Positions 39,281 through 48,505 of a stretch of 64,000 nucleotides of DNA are shown piece after piece. The DNA is from an uncultured Halocynthiibacter sp. (GTDB lineage Bacteria > Pseudomonadota > Alphaproteobacteria > Rhodobacterales > Rhodobacteraceae), in assembly GCA_947503035.1 (NCBI GenBank), contig CANNCD010000005.1:50208-114207 (forward strand), in the 5' to 3' direction. The notes under the pieces were generated by a model. That model did not search any database, was not told the DNA's origin, and saw only the letters and a list, made by a program, of their open reading frames with translations. The number at the start of each line of letters is the position of its first letter. Within the stretch, counting starts at the first letter, position 1. The translations under genes and the position numbers were made by a program.

Positions 39281-40113
39281 TTGCACAGCCCACAAGCGCG
39301 CAAAAACACATCAGCCACCATGCAACCCATACTCTAGGCATGGCGCAGCTAGGGTTGCGTGGACTGGCGGAAGAATGGTGGCTGCGCCATCTTGGCGATG
39401 TGCATTGGCAATTGATTGCCGCTTCCCTCGGTCAAACCACAACTGTGTTCAAAGATGCCTCTGGGCGGCAAGTCTATGCGGCCTTTTGTGCGACCGAGTT
39501 TGCCCAACTCAATCCTGATCACATCGGTTTGGGAGATGTCTTAGAAGTGAATTCCATACTGTGGGCGGCCGGCAGAAGCCGCCTTCAATCCAACCATGTC
39601 CTTATGGTCGGCAATGTCATTGTTGCGCGCTTTCGGTTGATTTCCACATTTGTGTGCCACGAGAAAGATGGCCTTAATTCGAGCATCTGTCGCACAATGC
39701 CCTACTTGGTTCCGGTGCTTGATCCTGCGCCGGATGCATTTGCCGCGCAAACAAGCCAAACGGCCCGTGCCTGCCGCGCCCAAGACAAAACATGGGAGAA
39801 GAACGTCCTGATACACCCCTGTGTGGGGACTGATTTCAACGCTGTGGGGCTGCTCTATTTCCCAAGCTTTACGCGTTTTTTCGATCAAGTTGAACGCTGC
39901 CTCGAAAACTCCAAAGAATGGGCCCCCGTGCGGTGCCGGCGTGTGCACTATTTTGGCAACATTGAACGTGGTGAAGATGTGATCGGGGCGCGGACATCGT
40001 CTGGCAAACCCGTTGGTTTGGAACTGTGGCACTCAGCAGGACACGCAAAACCCACGAAAAAACTGGCCCATAGTGCGCTTCAGCGGTTTCCAATCCGATC
40101 AAAGCCAGCCTAG
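39277..40113 (+). CDS. Pnap_2097 / LnmK-N-terminal-like (double hot-dog fold) putative biosynthetic protein
   Basis: 278 aa with an ATGA overlap to the monooxygenase gene. The N-terminal pattern GMAQLGLRGLAEEWWLRHLGDVHWQLIA recalls the Pnap_2097/LnmK_N family. The assignment is from memory. Confidence 0.5.
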   Translation: MIAQPTSAQKHISHHATHTLGMAQLGLRGLAEEWWLRHLGDVHWQLIAASLGQTTTVFKDASGRQVYAAFCATEFAQLNPDHIGLGDVLEVNSILWAAGRSRLQSNHVLMVGNVIVARFRLISTFVCHEKDGLNSSICRTMPYLVPVLDPAPDAFAAQTSQTARACRAQDKTWEKNVLIHPCVGTDFNAVGLLYFPSFTRFFDQVERCLENSKEWAPVRCRRVHYFGNIERGEDVIGARTSSGKPVGLELWHSAGHAKPTKKLAHSALQRFPIRSKPA

Positions 40114-40299
40114 GCCCCCAGTCCCCTATACGAAATGTGTATACCTAGAGATTTAGCGACACCTTCCAACAAACACGGGTTTTCTTCGCCGCGTGCGGCG
40201 ATCCGCCCCCCCCTTCTAGCATCGAAAGTGTCGCTGCCGCCTCTAGGGAGGCTCGATAACCTCTAAGATTGTCCCGTAATTGCCAATATCGTTCAGCCA

Positions 40300-40633
40300 C
40301 GTCATGATCATCGCGCGGAATTGGCTGCTAAGTCAGCACCACGGCAGGAAGGCTATGATGACTGGCAGAAAACGATGTACGAAGGCAAGCTGTTTGCTGT
40401 CTCGATACCGACCAATCAGTCCCAACAATTTTTGGCTACCTGTCGCAGTGTTCTGACCTATATTAGCGCGCAAATGGCATCAAAGCCACCGGTTACCTGG
40501 CATTGGACGGGAAACGGTGGCGAATACTTGCTTTGCGGATGCCGACATCCGCAGCAAAATCGGCATAGCCAAAATCATCGAAACCCATTGTTCGTGCGGC
40601 ATGCTCGGCGGAATTTGTCAAAGCGATTTTGTG
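40300..40633 (-). pseudogene. decayed TetR/AcrR-family regulator remnant
   Basis: The minus-strand frame directly after the amine-oxidase stop reads ...SAEHAARTMGFDDFGYADFAADVGIRKASIRHRFPSNAR, a TetR HTH. It has no proper start and hits an in-frame TAA at 40493-40495. Further stops and frame changes follow downstream. Confidence 0.4.
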
Positions 40634-41707
40634 TCAACAGTCGGAATTTTGACCACCCATCTTAATGTCCAACGTTCGCAATGCGTTTTCGGCCGATTCC
40701 AAAGCCCCTTCGATATATCCGCCAAATAGGGGAGCCATTTCGGTGCCACAAAACAGCAGCTGTTCATCCCAAAGCCCGACAAGCGAGCGCGGCATTCCAT
40801 AAGACGGATGGGCATGTAAAGGGGCCAAATCCGCCTCGGTTGCCGTAAACGGGTCAAAGGCCCAGTCTTTTACAAACAGATGTCTCGGCTTTGCCCCCAA
40901 TGACCCAAACAGTCGCCCGAGTTGTACCTGAATGTTCTGGCGCAACATCTGTACGTCTGTGCGTACTTTTGGCGGCACTCCAATAAACCCGAACAATGCG
41001 TATGGCCCGCCATGTTCGGGTGAGGCATCATGTATTTCAACCATGGGGCCAAACCGGCTTTGTGCATCTCCAGATAAGCCGGCGTTACGCCAAAATGGTG
41101 TATCATAAATGGCAACCGCCTTCGCTTGACCGGCCATCCATGTGGGGGTTTTTTCCAATGCCCTCGTGGCGACACTGGGCAAGCCGGGCAAGAATTTAAT
41201 ATTGGTCGCCACACGTGGCGGCAAACACAAAACCACACGGTCGAACACCGCAAATTCACCCGTGCGAAAGGTGGCCACGATGCCGGCTTCTGTCTTTTTT
41301 AGTTCGGTCACTTCGGTGCCCATGCGGATACGATCCTGTGGTAGGCCATCCGCCAGAGCGTCGATCAACGCACCCAGACCGCCTGCAAGCCTCCAAGAGC
41401 CTTGCATAGAGGAAAACCCACGGCCGCGCTGTACGTGCCCCCGTTCATTTTCATACATCAAATCGCCGTCTGCGAATTGGTCGAATTTCGCAAGTTTCAA
41501 GCGTTCAATCAGGCACGCGATACGTGGCTGCCCGGGCCAAAACCAAGCCGGTCCAAGGTCAAACGCTCCACCCGCATAGGTATCGGTTTTTATACGACCG
41601 CCAAGGCGCGCGCGCGCTTCGACCAAAACGAAATCTCTACCCTTTGCGTGCAGGGCATCCGCGAGGGCAAGGCCGGACAGGCCACCACCGACAATCAGCG
41701 TCGTCAT
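40634..41707 (-). CDS. flavin-containing amine oxidase / NAD(P)-FAD-dependent oxidoreductase
   Basis: 357 aa with dinucleotide fold LIVGGGLSGLALADAL. Confidence 0.8.
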   Translation of the reverse strand: MTTLIVGGGLSGLALADALHAKGRDFVLVEARARLGGRIKTDTYAGGAFDLGPAWFWPGQPRIACLIERLKLAKFDQFADGDLMYENERGHVQRGRGFSSMQGSWRLAGGLGALIDALADGLPQDRIRMGTEVTELKKTEAGIVATFRTGEFAVFDRVVLCLPPRVATNIKFLPGLPSVATRALEKTPTWMAGQAKAVAIYDTPFWRNAGLSGDAQSRFGPMVEIHDASPEHGGPYALFGFIGVPPKVRTDVQMLRQNIQVQLGRLFGSLGAKPRHLFVKDWAFDPFTATEADLAPLHAHPSYGMPRSLVGLWDEQLLFCGTEMAPLFGGYIEGALESAENALRTLDIKMGGQNSDC

Positions 41708-41774
41708 AGGTAATACCCCTTCGGGTATCGCGCGCGCGACGAGGCGGGTTTTGCACTCATTCCTGGCATCGGGA

Positions 41775-42443
41775 TCACACGGCCGGTGGTTTTGCGTGGA
41801 TCAAATGCCCAGTTTTAATCCAGAGTTTCGCACCATCTTGGCCTGCGACCACGGTCAGGTTTTCGCCATCAGGCAAACGCAACCAAGCGCCTTTGCCAAG
41901 TTCGGCACCGTTTTCCGTGACTGAACCGCTGATCACCAACATCTCGATCCCACCAGCATCGCCATTGGTCATGGATGCCCCCGCATCGAGATGATGATAG
42001 GTGACCACTTCGCGATCATCGCGATGAAGCTGCGCCGTTGCCACACCATCTATTGGCGCACCAAGTTCTTCTGCCATGTTCTTGCGAAACTGGCTGCGGT
42101 CGTCCATGTCAAACTGCCACAGCTTCACAAAGACCGTGCATCCAAGGTCTGAACTTGGGGCGTGAGATGTGGTTGGCGGATTGCGCACATAAGTGCCTGC
42201 GGGAAAATCACCATATTGATCTTGGAAGACGCCATCCAGCACTATGTATTCTTCGCCACCGGTATGGGTATGTTCCGAAAACTTGCTGTCGGCGGCAAAG
42301 CGCACGATGGTTGTCGCGCGCGCAACCTCGCCCCCGATACGGTCAAGCATGCGGCGCTCCACTCCTGGCACAGGAGACGAAACCCAATCGATTTGCTCCG
42401 ACTGGACAAGTGTTCGTACTGCAAAGTCAGCGTTCAGTTCCAT
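41775..42443 (-). CDS. cupin domain protein (ChrR-like double cupin)
   Basis: 222 aa. Cupin motif [15 protein letters not shown] ... [12 protein letters not shown]. Confidence 0.65.
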   Translation of the reverse strand: MELNADFAVRTLVQSEQIDWVSSPVPGVERRMLDRIGGEVARATTIVRFAADSKFSEHTHTGGEEYIVLDGVFQDQYGDFPAGTYVRNPPTTSHAPSSDLGCTVFVKLWQFDMDDRSQFRKNMAEELGAPIDGVATAQLHRDDREVVTYHHLDAGASMTNGDAGGIEMLVISGSVTENGAELGKGAWLRLPDGENLTVVAGQDGAKLWIKTGHLIHAKPPAV

Positions 42444-42650
42444 TATCTCAAGTCCTTTTTATCTTGTCCGGCTAGATCAACCGCTCAGCCTTACCTACCA
42501 ATAGGTAGGATGCGCAGTCAATAGGGAAAATACGGTGCCAACCGCAACGGGTGACACCGTGTTATCGTGTCGCCTGTTGCGGACTTAAGATACACCTAGG
42601 GGACGTGGGGCTTCCTTACGGACCGACGCAAGGCAAACGAATGCCCACAA

Positions 42651-44594
42651 TCAAAAAACAAAGGATTCGCGGTGTATTCGCGTCTGTGCAATCCCAAGGT
42701 CCGTAAGGCTTGTTTCACTCCAGTTCATCAAAGCATCGGGTCCGCACAAGAAGATCTCGCGGGCCATGAGGTCTGACACCGATTGGATGTCACCGAACTC
42801 CATACGACGCTGCTTGACGGGCACGGCTGGTGTGTTCTTCTGGGTCAATTGTGGGACTGACGACGCGTTCTGACTGCTTTGAAATGCATGGATACGAAGT
42901 GTCACATTCGGGGCAAGTTCGCTTTGTTGTGCGGCAAATTCCGCCAAGACATTTACGTCATCATCACGTCCCGCAAACATAAGAACGATATCGGTTTTCA
43001 CCTTGCTTGGGTGCGCCTTTGCCATCTTAAGGATACCGTCCCACATCGCCATGAAGGGCGTGATACCAGCACCGCCAGCGATCCAAAGCATCTGCGCAGG
43101 AAGATGTGGTTGCGCGGACTCATCAGAGTGCGAAAAACATGAGAACCCCGCCCCCGTGCCTTTGAACGTAACCGGCAGGTTTTGCGCGATCAATGTATCG
43201 GCATTGTCATGCAACAGATTGGAGATCAAGCCACTCTTTTTGCGTTTGACCGTCACGCTCACTTGATCCGAGGCGCGGAACAGACTGTACTGTGCATCAA
43301 AATCACTCGCACTCGAAAGCGTCCAAGTGCGTACATAGTCTTCGTTCACCAGTTGCGGATTGGCCTCGTACATATGGTTGTACCCAAGATCCAGAATGCG
43401 TGAGAAATCGAAAATCCCAAACCCTCCGGGCAATGGCAGATCCGTCGGCGACGAGAGTTGAAAGTTGAAGGTCGTGATACTGTCAGATAGCGTTTTGGTT
43501 GAGATAAGCGTGGCCGTTGTGCCAACGTCAACCGCGGTCTGCCCCATCTGATCCAATTCATGCCGCAGGTATTTTACCGGCGGATTATACGGCGAGAGCT
43601 GTTCCTCGGAGGTTAGCCTCAGATTGAGACCATGTTTTACAAAGACCGCACCAGTCACCTTGATACGCGTCAATAGCTCAACCCGCGGCATGAGCGCCTC
43701 GGCGTCTTGGCCGGTTAAGTTCTTGGCCTCACCCGTGATATACAGAACATCGCCCGTTGTGAAATCTGGGAACATAAGACCAACTTGGGGGTCGGTCTCA
43801 ATATTGCCCAGGGACTGGTAAAATCGATTTCCGGAATGGTCAGGCAACACCAGATAGGTCGTGATTTGATCGCCATCATTTTCTTCGTAGACGCGCGTGA
43901 AACCGGGAGCACCGCCGCGATGGTTCACCCCCATGTCAGTCTGCGCGCCCAAAGTCGTGTCTCCAGCCACGTGTTTCGTCGCCAGAAACACCGTACTTGC
44001 GCGGCCGACAACGGCTTTGGCGTCGGCGGGCAGGATGGACGTGGCAGTGTCAAAACTATCGTGAACCAATTCACCCGCGCGTTTCATATACTCTAGCGCC
44101 CGCACGGTTATGTATTTCGGGCAATTTCCAAGGTGCTGGTCGGACCGGAGCCGGAGCTCCACCTTCCCTTTTTCATCAACGTTGGCCGCTTCGATCGTAC
44201 CGGCTATTTTATTGCGCCGCCGGTTGTTGAAATCGACCCCGACACCTGCAAAAAACCGTTTTTCACCCGCCGACGCGGGCCTGTGTCCAAGCGCGCGCGC
44301 GAAGGGATCATTTGGCGTTGTCTCGGCAATGATGTCTGTAACATTCCCACCGCGTACGTTGATGCCGACGTTTGGGTCAGTGCTTGACGCGGTCACCAAA
44401 AGGCTGACCCAAGGGCGCCCGTCCCGATCAAGCGTGGCCAGAGGCAGGTAAGGTAAATCCGCAAAGAAATCCGCGTGCTGCACTGGCATATCACGGCGGA
44501 TATAGCCCGGAATGGCGTCAATAAGCTCTTTTGGTGTATTGCGTCGTTCTTGCAATACCAGCTCACCTCGGTGTGATTTATGTGACTGCGACAT
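42651..44594 (-). CDS. fusion protein: PNPOx-like FMN-binding split-barrel domain + ferredoxin-reductase-type FAD/NAD(P)-binding domains
   Basis: 647 aa. N-terminal segment LATLDRDGRPWVSLLV (PNPOx-like). C-terminal motifs VRTWTLSS (RxYS-like FAD motif) and GGAGITPFMAM (NAD-binding). Confidence 0.7.
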   Translation of the reverse strand: MSQSHKSHRGELVLQERRNTPKELIDAIPGYIRRDMPVQHADFFADLPYLPLATLDRDGRPWVSLLVTASSTDPNVGINVRGGNVTDIIAETTPNDPFARALGHRPASAGEKRFFAGVGVDFNNRRRNKIAGTIEAANVDEKGKVELRLRSDQHLGNCPKYITVRALEYMKRAGELVHDSFDTATSILPADAKAVVGRASTVFLATKHVAGDTTLGAQTDMGVNHRGGAPGFTRVYEENDGDQITTYLVLPDHSGNRFYQSLGNIETDPQVGLMFPDFTTGDVLYITGEAKNLTGQDAEALMPRVELLTRIKVTGAVFVKHGLNLRLTSEEQLSPYNPPVKYLRHELDQMGQTAVDVGTTATLISTKTLSDSITTFNFQLSSPTDLPLPGGFGIFDFSRILDLGYNHMYEANPQLVNEDYVRTWTLSSASDFDAQYSLFRASDQVSVTVKRKKSGLISNLLHDNADTLIAQNLPVTFKGTGAGFSCFSHSDESAQPHLPAQMLWIAGGAGITPFMAMWDGILKMAKAHPSKVKTDIVLMFAGRDDDVNVLAEFAAQQSELAPNVTLRIHAFQSSQNASSVPQLTQKNTPAVPVKQRRMEFGDIQSVSDLMAREIFLCGPDALMNWSETSLTDLGIAQTRIHRESFVF

Positions 44595-44663
44595 TGCTTG
44601 ATCCTTCTACTCTTGTGACAAGGTTGCCTCGCAAGAGCTGCTCCGACATTGCGCCTGATTGAA

Positions 44664-45140
44664 CTAGAGACCGAGATCGCTCAGACTTGGGTGATCATCA
44701 GGCCGGCGTCCGAGCGCCCAACGGAACTTTCTGTCGGTCTCTTGGATCGGGTGTTCGTTGATGCTCGCAAAGCGGCGCTCCATGTACCCGTTTTCGTCAA
44801 ACTCCCAGTTTTCGTTGCCATAGGCGCGAAACCAATTGCCGCTGTCATCGTGGTATTCATAGGCATATCGCACCGCGATACGATTGCTGTCATAGGCCCA
44901 AAGTTCCTTGATCAGCCGATAGTCGAGTTCTTTTGCCCATTTTCTGGTCAGGAACTCTTCGATCTGGACACGACCTTGCGGAAACTCGGCGCGATTGCGC
45001 CATTTGCTATCGGGGGTATAGGCACCTGCAACCTTGGCTGGATTGCGACCATTCCAGCCATCTTCGGCAAGGCGAACTTTTTCAATGGCGGTTTCCCGTG
45101 TGAACGGGGGCACGGGATGACGTGGATTTTCAAATTTCAT
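44664..45140 (-). CDS. DUF1348 / NTF2-like (SnoaL-like) protein
   Basis: 158 aa. The sequence ([38 protein letters not shown]) is recognised as the DUF1348 family. Confidence 0.75.
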   Translation of the reverse strand: MKFENPRHPVPPFTRETAIEKVRLAEDGWNGRNPAKVAGAYTPDSKWRNRAEFPQGRVQIEEFLTRKWAKELDYRLIKELWAYDSNRIAVRYAYEYHDDSGNWFRAYGNENWEFDENGYMERRFASINEHPIQETDRKFRWALGRRPDDHPSLSDLGL

Positions 45141-45149
45141 TTCAATACC

Positions 45150-45776
45150 CTATCTTTCTGCTACGAGGCCGACCGCGGTTGCTGGCATTGGCTCAAATCC
45201 TGGCAAAGCCTCAAAACGCGCAAGCCAAGCTTGTACATTCGGATAAGGCGCAAGCGATACGTTCCCCTCGGGCGCATGGGCTGTATAGGAGTAGGTCGCA
45301 ACATCCGCGATGCTGGGTTTGTCACCGACAAGCCAGTCGCGTCCTTCCAAACCTTGTTCCAATTTCTGCAGCGCCTTGTTTGCAGTGGCTTTTGCAAAAT
45401 CCGCATCCAGCGGCGCTCCAAACACCGTAATCAGCCGCGCAGCGCAGGTTCCAAAGGCAACCTCACCCGCTGCGAGCGTCAACCACCGCTGAATGTTTGC
45501 CATGCTCGCTGCATCGTCTGGCATCCATCCAGGGGCGTATTTTCGCGCCAGATACACCAAAATGGCGTTTGAATCTGAAACAACTGTGTCCCCATCTTCC
45601 AACACAGGCACCTGTCCGTTTGGGTTCATCGCCAGAAAATCGGCAGACTTATGAGCGCCAGCGGCAAGGTCAACAAATACCGCCTCATGGGCGATCCCCG
45701 CCAGCTTGGCAAAGACCAAAGCGCGATGCGCATGACCGGATTTTGGAAAATGATGAATACGAACGGCGCTAGACAT
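45150..45776 (-). CDS. glutathione S-transferase
   Basis: 208 aa. GST N-domain motifs NPNGQVPVLEDG and SDSNAILVYLA. Confidence 0.85.
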   Translation of the reverse strand: MSSAVRIHHFPKSGHAHRALVFAKLAGIAHEAVFVDLAAGAHKSADFLAMNPNGQVPVLEDGDTVVSDSNAILVYLARKYAPGWMPDDAASMANIQRWLTLAAGEVAFGTCAARLITVFGAPLDADFAKATANKALQKLEQGLEGRDWLVGDKPSIADVATYSYTAHAPEGNVSLAPYPNVQAWLARFEALPGFEPMPATAVGLVAER

Positions 45777-45887
45777 GTGACGGCTCCTGCTTGGGTAAAA
45801 TATCTTGGGATACGGATACCACTTGCAGTCATTCGTTATAATTGACAGAATTAGGCGAACTTTAAGCCCAGAGAGGGCGCAATCATC

Positions 45888-46790
45888 ATGGACAAAATTG
45901 ATCGCATGCGGGCCTTTGCTTTGGTTGCAAAGAACGCATCATTCACAGTAGCCGCCCACCGCATGGGCAGATCAGCCCGGCTGGTCAGTAAATATGTTGC
46001 CGATCTGGAAGAGTCCCTTGACGTTCAACTGTTGAACCGCACGACGCGCAATGTGTCCATGACCGACGCAGGCGTCACCTATCTTGCAATGTGCGAGCCG
46101 CTTTTGGATGGGTTTGACGAGCTGGAAGAAGCCGTAACAAACCAACAAACTGCGTTGCGCGGGGCCATTCATATCACGGCCCCAACAGGGTTCGGTTCAA
46201 TGCGACTTGCGCCTTCATTGGCCAAGTTCGCGGCCCAGCATCCAGAGATCGAGGTTGACCTAAGGCTTTCTGATAGTCGGGTGTCTTTGGTCGAAGAAGG
46301 TCTCGATCTTGCAATTCGGGTAGGAGCACTGCGCGACAGCGCTCTCAAAGTTCGTCGCCTTGGCCCTATGCCTCTGGTTGTCTGCGCATCTCCCGCCTAC
46401 CTCATGCGGGTGGGACACCCCGCCCACCCTGACGCGCTCACTGAGCATGAGTGCATTTTGGACGGTAACATGACAGAGCCGACGGTTTGGCGTTTTCACA
46501 TCAATGGTAAAGACAAGGCAGTCCATGTGAGAGGACGGCTTCGTGCAAATGCACCTGCTGCCACTGCGCGGTTGGCCGCAGCGGGGGTTGGGATCGCGCG
46601 CTGCCCTGCCTATACGGTTTCTGATGCCTTGAAGTCAGGAGAGTTGGTCGAAGTTTTCGCCGAGCACCGCATAGCACCCTATGCTGTCGCAGCTTTGTTC
46701 CCCCAAAACCGTCGGCTCGCAACACGCGTTCGGGCGCTTATTGATCATCTCGCAAGCGACGTGTCGCTTTGTGGTGACGAAACACTATAA
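45888..46790 (+). CDS. LysR family transcriptional regulator
   Basis: HTH segment MRAFALVAKNASFTVAAHRMGRSARLVSKYVADLEESLDVQLLNRTTR. Divergent from the GST/DUF1348 pair. Confidence 0.9.
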   Translation: MDKIDRMRAFALVAKNASFTVAAHRMGRSARLVSKYVADLEESLDVQLLNRTTRNVSMTDAGVTYLAMCEPLLDGFDELEEAVTNQQTALRGAIHITAPTGFGSMRLAPSLAKFAAQHPEIEVDLRLSDSRVSLVEEGLDLAIRVGALRDSALKVRRLGPMPLVVCASPAYLMRVGHPAHPDALTEHECILDGNMTEPTVWRFHINGKDKAVHVRGRLRANAPAATARLAAAGVGIARCPAYTVSDALKSGELVEVFAEHRIAPYAVAALFPQNRRLATRVRALIDHLASDVSLCGDETL

Positions 46791-46843
46791 TCATCGTCCC
46801 CCGCCTTGGGGATCAATGTTTGCGCAAAGTCGTTCACATCGAA

Positions 46844-46865
46844 AAGGGGCCGTTTCCAGCCCCTT
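46844..46865. terminator. hairpin between convergent LysR and SDR genes
   Basis: 7-bp stem AAGGGGC / GCCCCTT with an 8-nt loop. The flanking T-runs are short. Confidence 0.4.
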
Positions 46866-46895
46866 CCCCGTTCTTGCACGGTAAGTGCCTATTAA

Positions 46896-47651
46896 TCAGT
46901 TGCGGCCAGCCATTACACCGCCATCCACATCGTTGACCACACCAGTCGTCCAACCCGCAGCGTCAGACAGCAAGAAGCAGATGTTTTGCGCGATGTCTTC
47001 TGGGCGGCCAACGCGACCAATCGGGTGGAATGCGCCAAAACCGTCAACCAGAGTTTTCTCGACGTCATCCGCAGGGATGAATGAGGCAAAGATCGGTGTA
47101 ACGACAACAGCAGGCGACACTGCGTTCACGCGAATATTGTGATCCGCCAATTCCATTGCGAGATGCTGGGTCATCGCGTGGAGACCGGCCTTGGCCATGG
47201 AGTACGCAGAGGATGGCGTGGCTTTGATCGCTTGCTTGGCCCACATGGAACCGACGTTTACGATGGATCCACCGCCATGCGCCTTCATGTTGCGCGCCAC
47301 GGCCTGTGTAACAAAGAACAAGCCGCGGTTTACGTTGTGGTAGGTGTCAAAATCAGCGACTTCATGATCGAGGAACGCTTTTGGAAGGAATGAACCAGCT
47401 GCGTTCACCAGTTCTGCGATGTGGCGATCTTCGGCGTCGATCTTCGCGATCAGTGCTTCTACGCCAGCTGTATCCGCAACGTCGCCTTGAAGTGTTTCAA
47501 CCTGACCTGAGATCTGGGCGCGCGCCGCATCCAGTTTGGCAGTGTCACGCCCTACCAGTACAACGGTTTTCCCTTGGGACGCGAGCTGCTGCGCCGTCGC
47601 AAGGCCCATACCAGAAGAGCCACCAATGATGATGCTGATTGAATTTGTCAT
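46896..47651 (-). CDS. SDR family oxidoreductase
   Basis: Start at MTNSISIIIGGSSGMGLA (47651). Catalytic YSMAKAG motif. Confidence 0.85.
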   Translation of the reverse strand: MTNSISIIIGGSSGMGLATAQQLASQGKTVVLVGRDTAKLDAARAQISGQVETLQGDVADTAGVEALIAKIDAEDRHIAELVNAAGSFLPKAFLDHEVADFDTYHNVNRGLFFVTQAVARNMKAHGGGSIVNVGSMWAKQAIKATPSSAYSMAKAGLHAMTQHLAMELADHNIRVNAVSPAVVVTPIFASFIPADDVEKTLVDGFGAFHPIGRVGRPEDIAQNICFLLSDAAGWTTGVVNDVDGGVMAGRN

Positions 47652-47666
47652 GTTCGTCTCCGTTTG

Positions 47667-47736
47667 TTTATCTACTACTAGGTAGCTTCTAGGCTTGCCG
47701 CTCGAGGATTGCAAATACTATCTACTACTAGATAGA
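47667..47736. promoter_or_regulatory. two copies of a 20-bp TetR-type operator upstream of the SDR gene
   Basis: TATCTACTACTAGGTAG (47669-47685) and TATCTACTACTAGATAG (47719-47735) are 16/17 identical and 50 bp apart. Copy 2 has the dyad ACTATC-N8-GATAGA. Confidence 0.55.
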
Positions 47737-47811
47737 TCGCAGGTTCGTGATCAAATGCTCTCGACGTACTTACCTCGAAAGATCCGCAGAATCAGAATTG
47801 AGAAGAAAGAG

Positions 47812-48387
47812 CTACGCTTTTGACAGTTGGATCAACGCGTCCAGCGACGCTTCGAGGTCTTGTGGTTTCTCTATACCTCGGGCGACCAACATTGCCCCCT
47901 CAAGGCTTGAGACAAACAATTTGGCAAACATGCCAGCGTCCAAATCGTTGCGGATTTCACCTGTTGCTTGGCCATTGCGCAGAACATTCGTGACCCAGTC
48001 GTACTGATCTGCGAAGAACAACGCGACTTCTGAGCGCACGCGTTCAGGAAGAGATGACACATCCGCCGCCAACACGCCACACAGGCATAAACCACGCTGA
48101 TTTTGCAGGGTGCTCACGAAGAGCCCGCCATATTCACGCATGAGGTCGGATGCAGATGTGGCTTCTATCTGGGCTGTCAGTTCGCGAAAATTCTGACGAT
48201 ACTCTTTTGCCACTGCCTCGGCCAAGTCGGGCTTTGTTGCAAAGTGGTAGTGAATGCTCGCGCTTTTGATCCCTACAATTTCCGCGATGTCACGAAAACT
48301 GAAGCCATTGTACCCGCTTTCCATCATAAGATCGCGCGCAGTATTTAAGATGGCGGTTGCCTTACTATTGGGTTGTCGCTCGGTCAT
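47812..48387 (-). CDS. TetR/AcrR family transcriptional regulator
   Basis: HTH segment GYNGFSFRDIAEIVGIKSASIHYHFATKPDL. Confidence 0.9.
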   Translation of the reverse strand: MTERQPNSKATAILNTARDLMMESGYNGFSFRDIAEIVGIKSASIHYHFATKPDLAEAVAKEYRQNFRELTAQIEATSASDLMREYGGLFVSTLQNQRGLCLCGVLAADVSSLPERVRSEVALFFADQYDWVTNVLRNGQATGEIRNDLDAGMFAKLFVSSLEGAMLVARGIEKPQDLEASLDALIQLSKA

Positions 48388-48398
48388 AAGTCTTACCT

Positions 48399-48418
48399 AC
48401 TATCAACTGGTAGATAGT
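48399..48418. promoter_or_regulatory. third copy of the same operator, upstream of the TetR gene (autoregulation site)
   Basis: ACTATC-AACTGGTA-GATAGT is a perfect 6-bp dyad. It matches copy 2 at 17 of 21 positions and lies 12-31 nt upstream of the tetR start. Confidence 0.5.
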
Positions 48419-48505
48419 ATTTGGCAGCAGAACGACATTTTGTCAAACCGCACGGAACGTTCCAACGACAGAGAAACCCGATATGCCTCTTGATTTCGTG
48501 CGCTG

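Noticed and set aside
40206-40213. A C8 homopolymer, considered as a phase-variation switch.
   Set aside because: It lies in the decayed TetR remnant with no intact gene or promoter that it could toggle.
42542-42582. Long imperfect hairpin (CCGCAAC...GTTGCGG with an inner GGTGACAC/GTGTCGCC) between the fusion flavoprotein and cupin genes.
   Set aside because: No adjacent U-tract follows on the minus strand, so it is not a canonical terminator. It is mentioned under the redox-trio finding only.
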